A program made the translations under genes and the position numbers. The notes below the pieces were generated by a model. That model did not search any database. It was not told the origin of the DNA and saw only the letters and a list, made by a program, of their open reading frames with translations. Below, in pieces: positions 9,044-19,239 of a stretch of DNA of 64,000 nucleotides; position 1 is the first letter of the stretch; every line of letters begins with the position of its first letter. The stretch is from NCBI GenBank assembly GCA_963777505.1, contig CAVZQN010000003.1, forward strand, positions 576,001 to 640,000. Reading direction: 5' to 3'. The DNA is from an uncultured bacterium. Its GTDB lineage: Bacteria; Acidobacteriota; HRBIN11; JAKEFK01.

Positions 9044-10506
9044 ACTCCGGGTTCTATTCTGCGTCTATTTAAAACGAAAGAGCGCACGATTTCAATTTCT
9101 TTAGTTGTAAATTCGCCCAGTAATAGATACGCAATGATAACCACGAGTCCAAGACTGCAGAGTTTAAGAATCAAAAGTAGGCCTTCGGCATGCCAGTATG
9201 AACACGCGAAGTACATCGGTATACCGATCGCGAAGGTTCGAAGGAACGTTCCTATTGCAGGCAATGTTTTCCACATATGGTAAACAACAATCATCGAAAT
9301 AATCGCCAACAAAATTGAAAGGCATGTTGTCACGATTGCTGCTCCAAGTGCGCCAAATTTTGGAATAAATAAAAAGTGGCCAACAATTGCGAAAGGAACA
9401 CATGGACCTACAATACGAAATGTCCAATGTGGTTTTTCTGAAGCTGTAATGATTGCACTCGTTGCAGAAGAAATTGAAACGCAGAGAGCGGAAAAGATTA
9501 ACAGTGAAAGCAAAGGCGCTGTTGATGCAAAGCGATGTCCGAAGAAAAACTGAACAATTTCCAATGATGATCCCGCGACGATAGCTCCAAATGGGAGTAA
9601 AAGGACTGTAATGCGGATTGAATCCTTAATGAGTGCTTTGGCTGATGAGTGATCGCCAATTCTTAACAACCGGCTGAGGGTTGCCAGCAGTACTGGTGAA
9701 AATGATAATGCAAATATTCCTGGAAGAATCGATAGATTTTGTGCAGCTCCATAAAAACCAGCAATCGCTGTGCTGCCTCCAAGAAGTTTCAACATCAAGA
9801 TATCGAGCTTATCGAATGTTCTCATACTTAAACCAGATAAAGAAAGTGATGCAGCAATATTCCAGAAGCGGCGTGAATCAAAATCAGATTTAGCGAAAAG
9901 TGGAACTTGAATGAAGTAGCGGCCAACAATTACTTCAATACAGGATGCGGCAATACATCCCAGAATCGCGCCGTAAATCGACAGCCCCAATTGGACCAGG
10001 ATGACGATGAGAATGAATCTTCCTATCCAGCGAGCGACACTCAGATAAGCTCTTTGAGTGAAAGCGCCGATTCCAATAAGAAGCTGACGATGAGCTTGAG
10101 CTAAGCCAAAAATAGGAATGTCCAAACTGAACAGACGCAGGTAACCTGCCAGGGCTGGTTCATTCATTGCGTGTGCGATTGGGCCTGCAAGCAGAAGTAG
10201 CAAAACCATGATGAATAGGCTGAAGATCAGATAGAAGCGAGTCGTGACTCCCGCCACCGGTTTCCAGTCTTTCGTTTCGCCAACGAGCTTGATCGTAGCG
10301 CGTCCGAAAATTGTGCTAAGACTCCATTCGATCCATGCAACGATCGTGCTTGTAAGAATGAAAAGTCCAAACTCATGGGGACCAAGCCGTCGCGTAAGAA
10401 ATGAAACAATCAAAATTCCGGTAGGTAAAATCAAGAGTTCACTTGAAAGAACTCGAACGGTTCCTTTGAAGGTATGATGCCCGGTTGGCTGATCAGTCTT
10501 TTCCAT
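9040..10506 (-). CDS. Wzx-like oligosaccharide flippase (MOP superfamily)
   Basis: LTRRLGPHEFG, KLDILML...AGFYGAA, IPKFGALGAAI; ~13-14 TM segments. Confidence 0.88.
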   Translation of the reverse strand: MEKTDQPTGHHTFKGTVRVLSSELLILPTGILIVSFLTRRLGPHEFGLFILTSTIVAWIEWSLSTIFGRATIKLVGETKDWKPVAGVTTRFYLIFSLFIMVLLLLLAGPIAHAMNEPALAGYLRLFSLDIPIFGLAQAHRQLLIGIGAFTQRAYLSVARWIGRFILIVILVQLGLSIYGAILGCIAASCIEVIVGRYFIQVPLFAKSDFDSRRFWNIAASLSLSGLSMRTFDKLDILMLKLLGGSTAIAGFYGAAQNLSILPGIFALSFSPVLLATLSRLLRIGDHSSAKALIKDSIRITVLLLPFGAIVAGSSLEIVQFFFGHRFASTAPLLSLLIFSALCVSISSATSAIITASEKPHWTFRIVGPCVPFAIVGHFLFIPKFGALGAAIVTTCLSILLAIISMIVVYHMWKTLPAIGTFLRTFAIGIPMYFACSYWHAEGLLLILKLCSLGLVVIIAYLLLGEFTTKEIEIVRSFVLNRRRIEPGV

Positions 10507-10551
10507 CGAAAATAAATTATACTGGCGCTTTGTGCCGATTCGGAGTCAGCA

Positions 10552-11049
10552 ATGTTAAAGGGTTACGCCAGGGTATTTGGGGATAATATCGATACAGATG
10601 CAATCATTCCTGCTCGCTATTGTACGTCTTTCAATGAAGATCTGGGGCTCCATTTGTTTGAGGGAGAAGATCCAACTTTTTTGAAGCGATTGAAAAAAGG
10701 GGACATGATCGTTGCTGGTTCAAACTTTGGATGTGGCAGCGCAAGAGAGCACGCACCTGTTGCAATAAAGTCCGCAGGCATTTCGGCAGTCATTGCGAAA
10801 TCATTCAGCCGCACTTTTTTCCGGAATGCAATCAACATCGCGCTTCCAGTATTGGAATTGAGTGATGCGAATGAAATTCGCGAAAATGATCTGATTGAAA
10901 TTGATACCGATCAAAATGTGATTCGTAACCTGACGAATTCAAAGGAATACATTGCGGCGCCTTTTCCTGAATACATAAAGCAGGTCATTGATGCAGGCGG
11001 CATCATCGAATTTGCCCGAAGACGGTTGGCGGAAAAAAAGAGTTCATAG
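10552..11049 (+). CDS. leuD: 3-isopropylmalate dehydratase/homoaconitase small subunit (LeuD/HacB type)
   Basis: DNIDTDAIIP, NFGCGSAREHA, SFSRTFFRNAIN. Confidence 0.88.
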   Translation: MLKGYARVFGDNIDTDAIIPARYCTSFNEDLGLHLFEGEDPTFLKRLKKGDMIVAGSNFGCGSAREHAPVAIKSAGISAVIAKSFSRTFFRNAINIALPVLELSDANEIRENDLIEIDTDQNVIRNLTNSKEYIAAPFPEYIKQVIDAGGIIEFARRRLAEKKSS

Positions 11050-11056
11050 GAAGTTA

Positions 11057-12397
11057 ATGGCTGCTAATCTCTTCAAAAAGTTGTACGGCAGTTCAGTCAT
11101 AGCAAGAAATCTTCCGCATCAAACAAACGTTCCATTCCTGCCGCGTGAAGAATTACATCGACTGCGCGACAAGCGTCTTCGGGAAATGATTGACTATGCC
11201 GCAAATACGGTTCCATATTACAGAACCTTTTTCAAAGAACACAAAATTGATCCATCCGAAATCAAGACCGTTGATGATCTGATCCGGCTCCCACTCATTG
11301 ATAAACAAACAGTTCGTAACGCGCCTCGCACTTTTGTCTCTGAATCAAAGGAAGGCAAGGAATCGATTCAATTTGTTACAAGTGGTACGACAGGTAAGCC
11401 GCTTGAAATTTATCATGATGTGAAATCACTACTTGCGAATATTGCTTTTGGAGAAAGAGAGAAAGATGTTGTCAAAAAGCTTCTTACAGGTTTCAGCTAC
11501 AAGGAGCTTTATTTTGGCTACACATCATCCACAATACAAAAGGTAAGAGACATTTATAATGAATGGACTTTTTCCGCCTCTCAAGAACAAAAACTATTTC
11601 TTTCCGTTCTTCAGCCTTTGGACGAGATTCTGGATGGGATCAATCGTTTTAAGCCTACTTTAATTGTGGGCTATGGCTCGTTTTTGGAAATATTATTCCG
11701 CACAATCCATCAAAGAGAAATTCAAATTCATTTGCCGAAACTATTGATCTATGTAGCAGAAGCAATGACACCTGAAGGAAGAAGGTTGATTGAGGACTCT
11801 TTTACGATTCCGGTGCTTTCAAGATACAACGCCGTAGAAATTTTCAAAATTGGATATTTTTGCGAAGCGCGTAAAGGGTTCCACGTTCATGAAGATCTTT
11901 GTCACCTAAGGATTGTTGATTCGGCGAAAAAGACGGCAAAAACAGGTGAGAAGGGAGAAGTTGTTATTTCGAATTTCGTAAATAAAGGTACGGTTTTGCT
12001 GAATTATCGTTTAGGAGATATTGCTGCAATAATGGATGAAGAATGTCCTTGTGGTAGAACCTTCCGGATTCTATCTGAATTAGAAGGGCGAACAGAAGAT
12101 ATTGTTTTTCTTCCTGATGGAAGTTTTGTCCATCCACGCGCAATTTGGAGTGTATTTAAAGACAGTCACGGAGTCCTTCAGTATCAGCTTATTCAATATG
12201 AACCACAGCGTTTTGAATTGAAACTCGTCACCGTTGATAAGAAATCATATGACGCTGTGATTGAAAAGATTTTAAGAGAGTTGAAAGCTCTATTCGGAAT
12301 TTCTTGCTCTATAGAAAGTGACTTTTATACCGAAATTAATAGAGAAGGAAAATTCCGGCCGGTTATCTCTCATTGCAGGCCTAGCGAATACAAATAA
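11057..12397 (+). CDS. Phenylacetate-CoA ligase/CapK-like adenylate-forming enzyme
   Basis: TSGTTGKP P-loop, YNAVE, LLNYRLGD, CPCGR, EGRTED; start moved to ATG 11057. Confidence 0.85.
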   Translation: MAANLFKKLYGSSVIARNLPHQTNVPFLPREELHRLRDKRLREMIDYAANTVPYYRTFFKEHKIDPSEIKTVDDLIRLPLIDKQTVRNAPRTFVSESKEGKESIQFVTSGTTGKPLEIYHDVKSLLANIAFGEREKDVVKKLLTGFSYKELYFGYTSSTIQKVRDIYNEWTFSASQEQKLFLSVLQPLDEILDGINRFKPTLIVGYGSFLEILFRTIHQREIQIHLPKLLIYVAEAMTPEGRRLIEDSFTIPVLSRYNAVEIFKIGYFCEARKGFHVHEDLCHLRIVDSAKKTAKTGEKGEVVISNFVNKGTVLLNYRLGDIAAIMDEECPCGRTFRILSELEGRTEDIVFLPDGSFVHPRAIWSVFKDSHGVLQYQLIQYEPQRFELKLVTVDKKSYDAVIEKILRELKALFGISCSIESDFYTEINREGKFRPVISHCRPSEYK

Positions 12398-12431
12398 GAG
12401 TTCATAAGTTCCTTCCTCAGGGTTCAGCTAG

Positions 12432-13139
12432 TTACATACGTTTTGCGACAACAAAAAAATTTCGTCCAGCAAACTGTACGCCTGGAAGGTTGCTGAAACG
12501 CTCTAGGGATTTTGAAATACGAAGAGAAGGGATTGGATTTCTACCGGGATTCAGAAAAAAATTGTAGAAGCCATAGTCTACGATTTCAAAGCCGTTGCTT
12601 CTTAAATCTTTTTTTAGTTCTGCAAGAGTGTAAAGATGAAATGACTCTTTCGATCTTGGTTTTAGTCTCGCGTTCATTTTAAGCAGGAGACTCGACTTGT
12701 TTGTGCACGTAAAAACTAAAAATCCATCGGGTTTTAATATGCGGAAAGCTTCTTTATAAAATTTTTCTGGTGATTCGAAACATCCCATGACTGATACTGC
12801 GATGACTCCGTGAAAGCCTTTCGCATGAAAAGGAAATTGTTCAGCGGTGCCCTGTAACAAGTTCAAATGTTCGAAGCGTTTCTTTGCTGACGCGATCATG
12901 CTTCGATCATGATCGAGGCAAATTAACTTGAGTCCTTGAGCGGATAGATCGTTAGCGAGATGTCCGGTTCCACAGCCAACATCAAGCCAATATTGTCCTT
13001 TACTGCTACGGGACAAACTTATTTCTTGAGCGATTTTTGTGCCGCGATGAAAAATCCATTGTGCGGGATCAAGTTTGGCTGAATCATAGATTTGAGCCCA
13101 CTCTTCTGGATCGAATTTATCGCTAAATTTTCCGTGCAT
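12432..13139 (-). CDS. Class I SAM-dependent methyltransferase
   Basis: WLDVGCGTG motif I, RILKPDG. Confidence 0.9.
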   Translation of the reverse strand: MHGKFSDKFDPEEWAQIYDSAKLDPAQWIFHRGTKIAQEISLSRSSKGQYWLDVGCGTGHLANDLSAQGLKLICLDHDRSMIASAKKRFEHLNLLQGTAEQFPFHAKGFHGVIAVSVMGCFESPEKFYKEAFRILKPDGFLVFTCTNKSSLLLKMNARLKPRSKESFHLYTLAELKKDLRSNGFEIVDYGFYNFFLNPGRNPIPSLRISKSLERFSNLPGVQFAGRNFFVVAKRM

Positions 13140-13170
13140 CCATCCATCAATCCGTTAATCCACTCATTTA

Positions 13171-13247
13171 GCAGGCAAGGATGCCTGCGGCCCGAAATGC
13201 GGACAAGATGTCCGCGCTCCGTAATGCGGACGAGACGCTTGCGCTCC
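13171..13247. repeat. Three tandem REP-like palindromes (GCGGxCAAGATGxCCGCGCTCC family)
   Basis: Units at 13171-13194, 13198-13220, 13225-13247; relatives at 47655-47710 and 54687-54709. Confidence 0.75.
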
Positions 13248-13259
13248 GAAAGCGGTCTC

Positions 13260-14823
13260 TTATTGCTTAATCAGAGTTTGCATTTTAAAGCCGCTTGATA
13301 CTTGTGGCTTTTCGCGAATGATTTGTAGCGTATCCGCTTGCTTCCAAAAATGGGACGCGATGTTCGCTCCAGGACCTTTGCTGCGTAAGTTATTCAAAAT
13401 TGCATTAGCAAAATATTTTTCATCCCGGGATCTTCACATGCGGACTGATTTTAATCATTAATTTTACCAATCCGTCTTCATTTTGACTTTCTATATACTG
13501 ATAATCATCCGGCGCCCCACCGACACTTTGTATCAATTCTGCTATAACTTCATCCAGCACTGACCCAGGCAGAGTCATTCCTTCATATGTGAACTTATCA
13601 AAACTTCGAACTTGTGAAACAAGCAAGTTCATTCCTGTATTTCCAAACAAACAAGCGCAAGTTCTTTCACGAAGTGTTCCATGATCCCCAAGTTCTGTAT
13701 TGAGTAAAACCTTGGGAGTATTTTCGGATAGCGTTGTAAACAATAAGGCCTTCACATACTTATTGTCGGAAGCGGCATGCCGTTCGCGCTGAATCAACGC
13801 CATACGATCCGTGTAAACGTGCATCGAGTCGGCTTCGTCAGCATGATTGCATCCTCCTGCGATCAATCCAGATTCTGTTGCAACAAAACGTGCAAATGCT
13901 TTTACACCAGCCGATTGAAGATATTTGAATCTTCGATCCGTTAATGCCTCACCGCCTGTGAACATGGTACAACCACTGATGTCTATTCCTTTTTCAATTG
14001 CCGCTTGTACAATTCGAATCGCGGAGCTTGCAAAAGTTTTTACAATACAAAGTCCTTTTTCCTTGAGTTGTTTTTCGATCCAAATTGCAATTCGATCTGC
14101 CGAAGACATTTCAATGAATTCAGGTGGTGAAACTGGTGTCCCAAGAATTTGGCTGCATCGAATAACGTATTGCATCTTTGCGCGGCTTTTGAAATCAGGC
14201 TGTAGTTGAGAAAACCATTTGTCGGGAGGCTTTCGAAATCGCAAATGCATCAACAGATTGTGGATTCCTGAAATGCTTGGAAGAGAAGGAAGCCAGAAAG
14301 CTGAGGGGGCATTGGATAATCCATGAGTCTCATAAAGCAACATTTCATTTGCAGATTCTTCGGATATAAAGGCCCAATCGTAAAGCATTCTGGTTGGTGT
14401 AGAGGTTGTGCCGCTTGTCGAAGCACGAATGCCTTCCGGTAAGAGACGAGGATTATCGAAATCTGATTCTCTAGTCTCAATAGTCAGTCCATTCCTGCAA
14501 ATTGGAATCTGTGATTTGAATTCTTCCCGCGTTAGATAAACACCATCATCCCTCAATGTTTCAAGGCTAGCTTGTAACCCAATGGAACGAATGCTTTTTT
14601 CTAAATCACTGTAGTGACAATCAACACTGGACAAAAGTTTGCTGTATGGACTCTGAGGGTTGTCATAGATTAATTTTTTACAAGCTTCCAGGAATCTTTT
14701 TTCTTTGTTTTCAATTCGAAGCTTAATTTCCTGAATCGCTTGATCACGGAGAAGGGGCCTGCGTAAATAGGGTAAGAATCCTAAAGCAACTTTCAATTCG
14801 CGATGGATCTGGCTGATGCGCAT
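13260..14823 (-). pseudogene. Divergent PaaK/CapK-like ligase with an apparent 1-nt frameshift near the 3' end
   Basis: STSGTT, FTGGE, FVATESG, LLNTELGD, CACLF motifs. ORF stops at 13420, but removing one base at ~13423-13427 continues it as KIPDEKYFANAILNNLRSKGPGANIASHFWKQADTLQIIREKP...IKQ* to 13260. Confidence 0.7.
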
Positions 14824-14825
14824 TG

Positions 14826-15683
14826 TTACGATTCAGCCATCACTTTATCCAGAAAATTCAAATCAACATAATCCGTTGGTATTTTCTTTATGTACCCTAA
14901 CTCTTTCATTAAAAACAGTACTTTCTCTCTCGCTTGTGTATTTCGCACTGCTCCAACATCAGGCTGGTTCCGTAAGAGCGCTTGGTGGATGAAGCGTGGA
15001 TTAATTCCAATATGACGGTATGAAATTTCGGCAGTTTCTTCAGGGTTTTGTTTAACAAACTTCCATCCGTGAACGAAACCTCGAACGACCCGTTCAACAA
15101 TCTCAGGATTATTGTTTTTAAAGGGAACCGTTGTTGAAAGTGAGCATCCTGGTGCTCCCGGCCAGACATCACCGGTCCGTTTTACAATCCTTCCAATTCC
15201 AAGTAGCTCAAGCATGGTTGCATACGGTTCAACCATTGAAGCCGCATCCACACCTTCTCCGAAAAACGAGATGATTGCGCCATCTCCCGAAGGTTGACGG
15301 ATTAGATCAACATTTTTCCATCCGAGGCTTTCCATCAAACCCATTGCTGTGAGATCTTTCATTCCGCCGCGAAGCGGAACCGCAACTTTCTTAACTTCAG
15401 TAATATCCAGATTCTTACGTACAACAATCGCAGCTTCTTCAAATCCCGAACCAGCGACTACGACAAGTGGAATGTCATTTACTTCAGCCGCAGCAACACG
15501 TGTCCATGGAATTACTGCAAATTGGCTCTCGCCACTCATTAACTTAACAGGAACCATCCACGCAGTTGGCTCAATATTGATTTCTGAATCGATGTCTTCT
15601 TCTTGAAAATATCCTTTTGCATGAGCTACATAAGCCGGTGTTTGACATACACCACGTAATAATGAGAAACGAACTTTCGTCAT
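14826..15683 (-). CDS. SsuA/TauA/THI5 (NMT1)-fold substrate-binding-like protein lacking a signal peptide
   Basis: PAYVAHAKGYF, VDAASMVEPY, NPEIVERVVRG...NPEE pattern; no hydrophobic N-terminus; only 27 bp upstream to the previous stop. Confidence 0.75.
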   Translation of the reverse strand: MTKVRFSLLRGVCQTPAYVAHAKGYFQEEDIDSEINIEPTAWMVPVKLMSGESQFAVIPWTRVAAAEVNDIPLVVVAGSGFEEAAIVVRKNLDITEVKKVAVPLRGGMKDLTAMGLMESLGWKNVDLIRQPSGDGAIISFFGEGVDAASMVEPYATMLELLGIGRIVKRTGDVWPGAPGCSLSTTVPFKNNNPEIVERVVRGFVHGWKFVKQNPEETAEISYRHIGINPRFIHQALLRNQPDVGAVRNTQAREKVLFLMKELGYIKKIPTDYVDLNFLDKVMAES

Positions 15684-15710
15684 TTGCGTTTTCTCCCCAG
15701 GTGATTCGGG

Positions 15711-17168
15711 TTAATTGCTTTTTAAAGTCTCAGCAATTCCATCTTGTGTTAATTTAAGCAAGCCGGGAGCTATATCAAGCAATGAAATGTTTTGCCTTTC
15801 AAATTTTTGCACGATGCTAGGCCCGGCACAAGCAAAAAATCCAGTTTCTGTATGATTATTCGTTCGGTAAAGTTTCGGTTTTTGCTGTGTCAATTCCGTT
15901 TCAGGATGTTGAACTCGCTCCAAAAAGTACGAAGTTGGCCTCCACTTTATGAATATGTCAGGCAGGTCATTAGGAGGTCCTGTATGGAAAATATCTGCAG
16001 TTCGAATTACTTTTTCCACCGCAGGGAGATTCGATACCGGATCTATCAGTTGTTTAAGATTGGTTTCTAATTCATTCAACAACTGCGTGTATTCATTTCC
16101 TTGTTTCACAATTCCTTGAGGTTCGCGTCCTTCCAGGTTGACGCGAAGCAGTCCGGTGTAGTTTGAAGGAAGAGCAAAGGCTCTTGTCTTTCCCCAGTTC
16201 GTGTTCCTGCCAAACAAATCCGAAAGAAAGCGTTGTCGAAGTTTCGGTGGCAAAACGGAACCAGCAGCGCTGCGCAATGTTTCTGGAATGACCTTTTGCG
16301 CAAACGCGCCTGGTTTGAATGAAGGCACATGATTTTTATGTTTGATCTGGTATCCCAGTTTCAAACAGAACGCTTGTGTCAGCCCACCTGTTGGATTCTG
16401 ATCTGATATTCCCATCGGGCTAACGATAAAAATGTTTGCATTCTGAGGCAATTGTTGAAGCATGTGATTGAACTGAAGATCAATCTCTTGATAAACATTG
16501 CGGAGTGGATTTGGGATACTTCCGCTATTATTGCGATATTTCCAAAATTGATGTCCTGCAATATGGGATTCTGAAAACACAATCACGATCAAATCGAATT
16601 GCTCTTGCTGCAAAAACTGGCAGGCGAATGCTCCTTTCTTTTGTATCCTTTTTATTAGCAGTTGATAAATCCGGTTATCGTCTTCCTCTGAGGCGCTGAA
16701 CTTTTCTCCTGCGTTTATCTGCGGCCCGGCAGTCTTGAGGAATTCGGAAGGGTTGCTGGATGGAGAATCCATCGCATTGTGTATCGCCCAATTTGACAAT
16801 TGATATCCCGTTAGTCCTTTGATGGGATAAACCTCAGGCGCATCAATGATCAATATCTTCGATTGCAAGGATTGCCAAAACGGATAAGCTTTCGAATTAG
16901 CGAGGTTGACAGGCCTGACATCATAGGTTCCTGGGACGAGTTGGCGGAAGTAGTAGTAGCCATGATCTGATCGTGACATTCCGCTGAAAAGAGAAAGCCA
17001 TAAACCATGCGCAGAAATCATTTCATGATCAGAAATTTCGCCGCAGTTCCCATTCCGGATAATTGAAGCTACATTCGGAAGATAGCCTTCATTGCTCCAA
17101 CGTTTTAAGAATTCGGGAACACCAGCATCGATGCCAAAAACCACAAGAGGAATGTTTTTGATTTTCAA
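15711..17168 (-). CDS. Alkaline phosphatase superfamily / type I phosphodiesterase-like protein
   Basis: VFGIDAG, LPN, WLSLFSG...HG, HIAGHQFW, VNLEGREPQG, PDI, H..GFF..GP. Confidence 0.8.
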   Translation of the reverse strand: MKIKNIPLVVFGIDAGVPEFLKRWSNEGYLPNVASIIRNGNCGEISDHEMISAHGLWLSLFSGMSRSDHGYYYFRQLVPGTYDVRPVNLANSKAYPFWQSLQSKILIIDAPEVYPIKGLTGYQLSNWAIHNAMDSPSSNPSEFLKTAGPQINAGEKFSASEEDDNRIYQLLIKRIQKKGAFACQFLQQEQFDLIVIVFSESHIAGHQFWKYRNNSGSIPNPLRNVYQEIDLQFNHMLQQLPQNANIFIVSPMGISDQNPTGGLTQAFCLKLGYQIKHKNHVPSFKPGAFAQKVIPETLRSAAGSVLPPKLRQRFLSDLFGRNTNWGKTRAFALPSNYTGLLRVNLEGREPQGIVKQGNEYTQLLNELETNLKQLIDPVSNLPAVEKVIRTADIFHTGPPNDLPDIFIKWRPTSYFLERVQHPETELTQQKPKLYRTNNHTETGFFACAGPSIVQKFERQNISLLDIAPGLLKLTQDGIAETLKSN

Positions 17169-18640
17169 TCCTGACGCGCAAAAAGGCCAAGCGCTTTTAC
17201 AAGCCTTGATTCAACGGGAAATCTTACATCCATATTTCTGACGCGATACCGCGCCAACGGTGAATAAAGCTTTGCAAGTCCAACCACAATTGGATTGGTT
17301 TTTCTATAAGGATTGACAAAGTTCTCACCGAGAAACATTAACGGGAAATCAAGATTCTCAATCAGGTTTTTTGTACTGGGCGTAATCCATGTTGATTCTT
17401 TTGGAATATTGCGGAAATTAAACTTTGCCCATTCTTCAAGGCGATCCGGTTCTTTCAATCCGCATTGAAGCGCGACGGAATACAATTCAGTGCCGGGATA
17501 GGGTGTATATATATTGAAAGTTTTCGCAGACTTCGGATTTTCTCTGACTAGTTGGTCAGCTAGTTGAATGCTTTGTTGAAATTCATCGGGTGTTTCTGTC
17601 GGCATTCCCATCATGAATAAATAAAGCGGGATGATGGGATAAGGCGCGATCTTACGGTTGGCTTCAACTACTTCTTCGACACTGACATCTTTCTTAATTA
17701 GGTCCAGCACCCGTTGGCTTCCCGATTCAATTCCAACCGTTAATCTCTTCACTCCGGCTTTGACCAAAAGATCCAAGAACTCTTTATCCATCTTGCAGAT
17801 CGTATCGGCACGGATTTGCAGCTTACTGATTGTGATATTTAGATTCGCCTGAACGATTCCCTCCAGAATTCCATACGCTCTTTTCATATCAATGAAGAAA
17901 TGATCGTCCGTAAATAAGAATCCGTGAATGTTGTAATCTCGAATGATTTGTTTCAATTGATCCAAAACAGTTTCAGGCTGCATGGCGCGCCATTTCCTTT
18001 GGTGCATTACCGGATCCCAGCAAAAACTGCAACGAAACGTGCATCCGCGGCTTGAATTAAATGTGATGTGATCAACACCAAACAAAGTCCGCCTGTATTT
18101 ATCCATGTCCACAAGATGATAAGAAAGAGATGGTTCTGAATTAATATTTACAAACGGACGGCTTCCTGTGAATTGAATTTTGCCATCCTGTTTATATCCA
18201 ATCCCATTCACTGTGCTCAGTGGTGTTCCTGATTGAAATGCTTTCACCAGTTCTTCAAAAGTTTCTTCACCTTCACCGACAACAACAACATCTATATACG
18301 GATTTTTTAAGGTCTGTTCCGGAAGTAAACTTGCATGAATTCCACCCCAAACAACTGGTGTGTCAGGGTATTTTTCTTTAAATGTTTTCGATGCTTCAAG
18401 AGCGCGCAATATTTGTGGACCAGTCATCGAGGTAACGCCAAGACAGATCGGTTTAGTAGACATCGCCTGCCGAAATTCCACTTCCCAATTGGGATCCGCA
18501 AATTGATCAACGATTTTGATTTTGTATCCCTGTCGATCAAGACGAGTTGCAGGACAAAGCACACTTAACGGCAATTCAACGCGTCGATGTGCTTGAAAGC
18601 CGGCACGCGGAGCGGGATTAAACAGGACAACATCAATCAC
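17165..18640 (-). CDS. Cobalamin-binding radical SAM enzyme (class B methyltransferase-like)
   Basis: B12 domain VVWGGIHAS...VVGEGE; SRGCTFRCSFC (CxxxCxxC); GIESGSQ; PYPGTEL. Confidence 0.92.
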   Translation of the reverse strand: MIDVVLFNPAPRAGFQAHRRVELPLSVLCPATRLDRQGYKIKIVDQFADPNWEVEFRQAMSTKPICLGVTSMTGPQILRALEASKTFKEKYPDTPVVWGGIHASLLPEQTLKNPYIDVVVVGEGEETFEELVKAFQSGTPLSTVNGIGYKQDGKIQFTGSRPFVNINSEPSLSYHLVDMDKYRRTLFGVDHITFNSSRGCTFRCSFCWDPVMHQRKWRAMQPETVLDQLKQIIRDYNIHGFLFTDDHFFIDMKRAYGILEGIVQANLNITISKLQIRADTICKMDKEFLDLLVKAGVKRLTVGIESGSQRVLDLIKKDVSVEEVVEANRKIAPYPIIPLYLFMMGMPTETPDEFQQSIQLADQLVRENPKSAKTFNIYTPYPGTELYSVALQCGLKEPDRLEEWAKFNFRNIPKESTWITPSTKNLIENLDFPLMFLGENFVNPYRKTNPIVVGLAKLYSPLARYRVRNMDVRFPVESRLVKALGLFARQD

Positions 18641-19239
18641 TAAACACCTCTTCTTGGCAGATTGAAAATTTTTCCTATATGCCCATACTGTTCGTCTGCT
18701 AAACGGGCAAGCGGACGTAACAAATTCTCTTGAATCTCTCCATCCATATATAGAGCATCATCAATATGGAATAACAATACTTTTGCAATAACTAAAGAAT
18801 GATTCGATTCACCGAGGGTTAATATGTATTCCATTCGGCACTCCATTTGAATTGGAGATTCAGAAATTCGCGGTGCCTTTACAATTTCAGCAGGGATCGC
18901 AGTGATGCCAGCTTTTTCAAATTCGCTGACCGTGGGCGGATAGTCAGACGATGTTGTATTTACAGCCAGAGCGTGACTTTCCGTGACAATGTTGACAACA
19001 AACTCACCGCAGAATTCAATATTTTTTAACGTATCTTTCTTTTCGCCATCACGCCTTGCAATCGAAACTGCGATCATCGGAGGTTTTGTTGCAACAAACG
19101 TGAAACAACTGAATGGCGCAACATTGTTGATCCCGTTTTCTCCAACAGTTGAAATCCAGGCAATAGGACGCGGGACTACACATCCTTTCAAGAGGCGGTG
19201 AGCGTTATCGTCATCTAATCGACTGGGATCAATCCGCAT
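18640..19239 (-). CDS. Flavin reductase-like FMN-binding protein
   Basis: VVPRPIAWIST, NVAPFS, KDTLKNI..GEFVVN, ESPIQMEC. Confidence 0.9.
   Translation of the reverse strand: MRIDPSRLDDDNAHRLLKGCVVPRPIAWISTVGENGINNVAPFSCFTFVATKPPMIAVSIARRDGEKKDTLKNIEFCGEFVVNIVTESHALAVNTTSSDYPPTVSEFEKAGITAIPAEIVKAPRISESPIQMECRMEYILTLGESNHSLVIAKVLLFHIDDALYMDGEIQENLLRPLARLADEQYGHIGKIFNLPRRGV

Noticed and set aside
13171-13247. Three tandem palindromic units as a mini CRISPR array
   Set aside because: Units are separated by only 3-4 nt, are degenerate, recur as dispersed REP-like copies, and no cas genes are present
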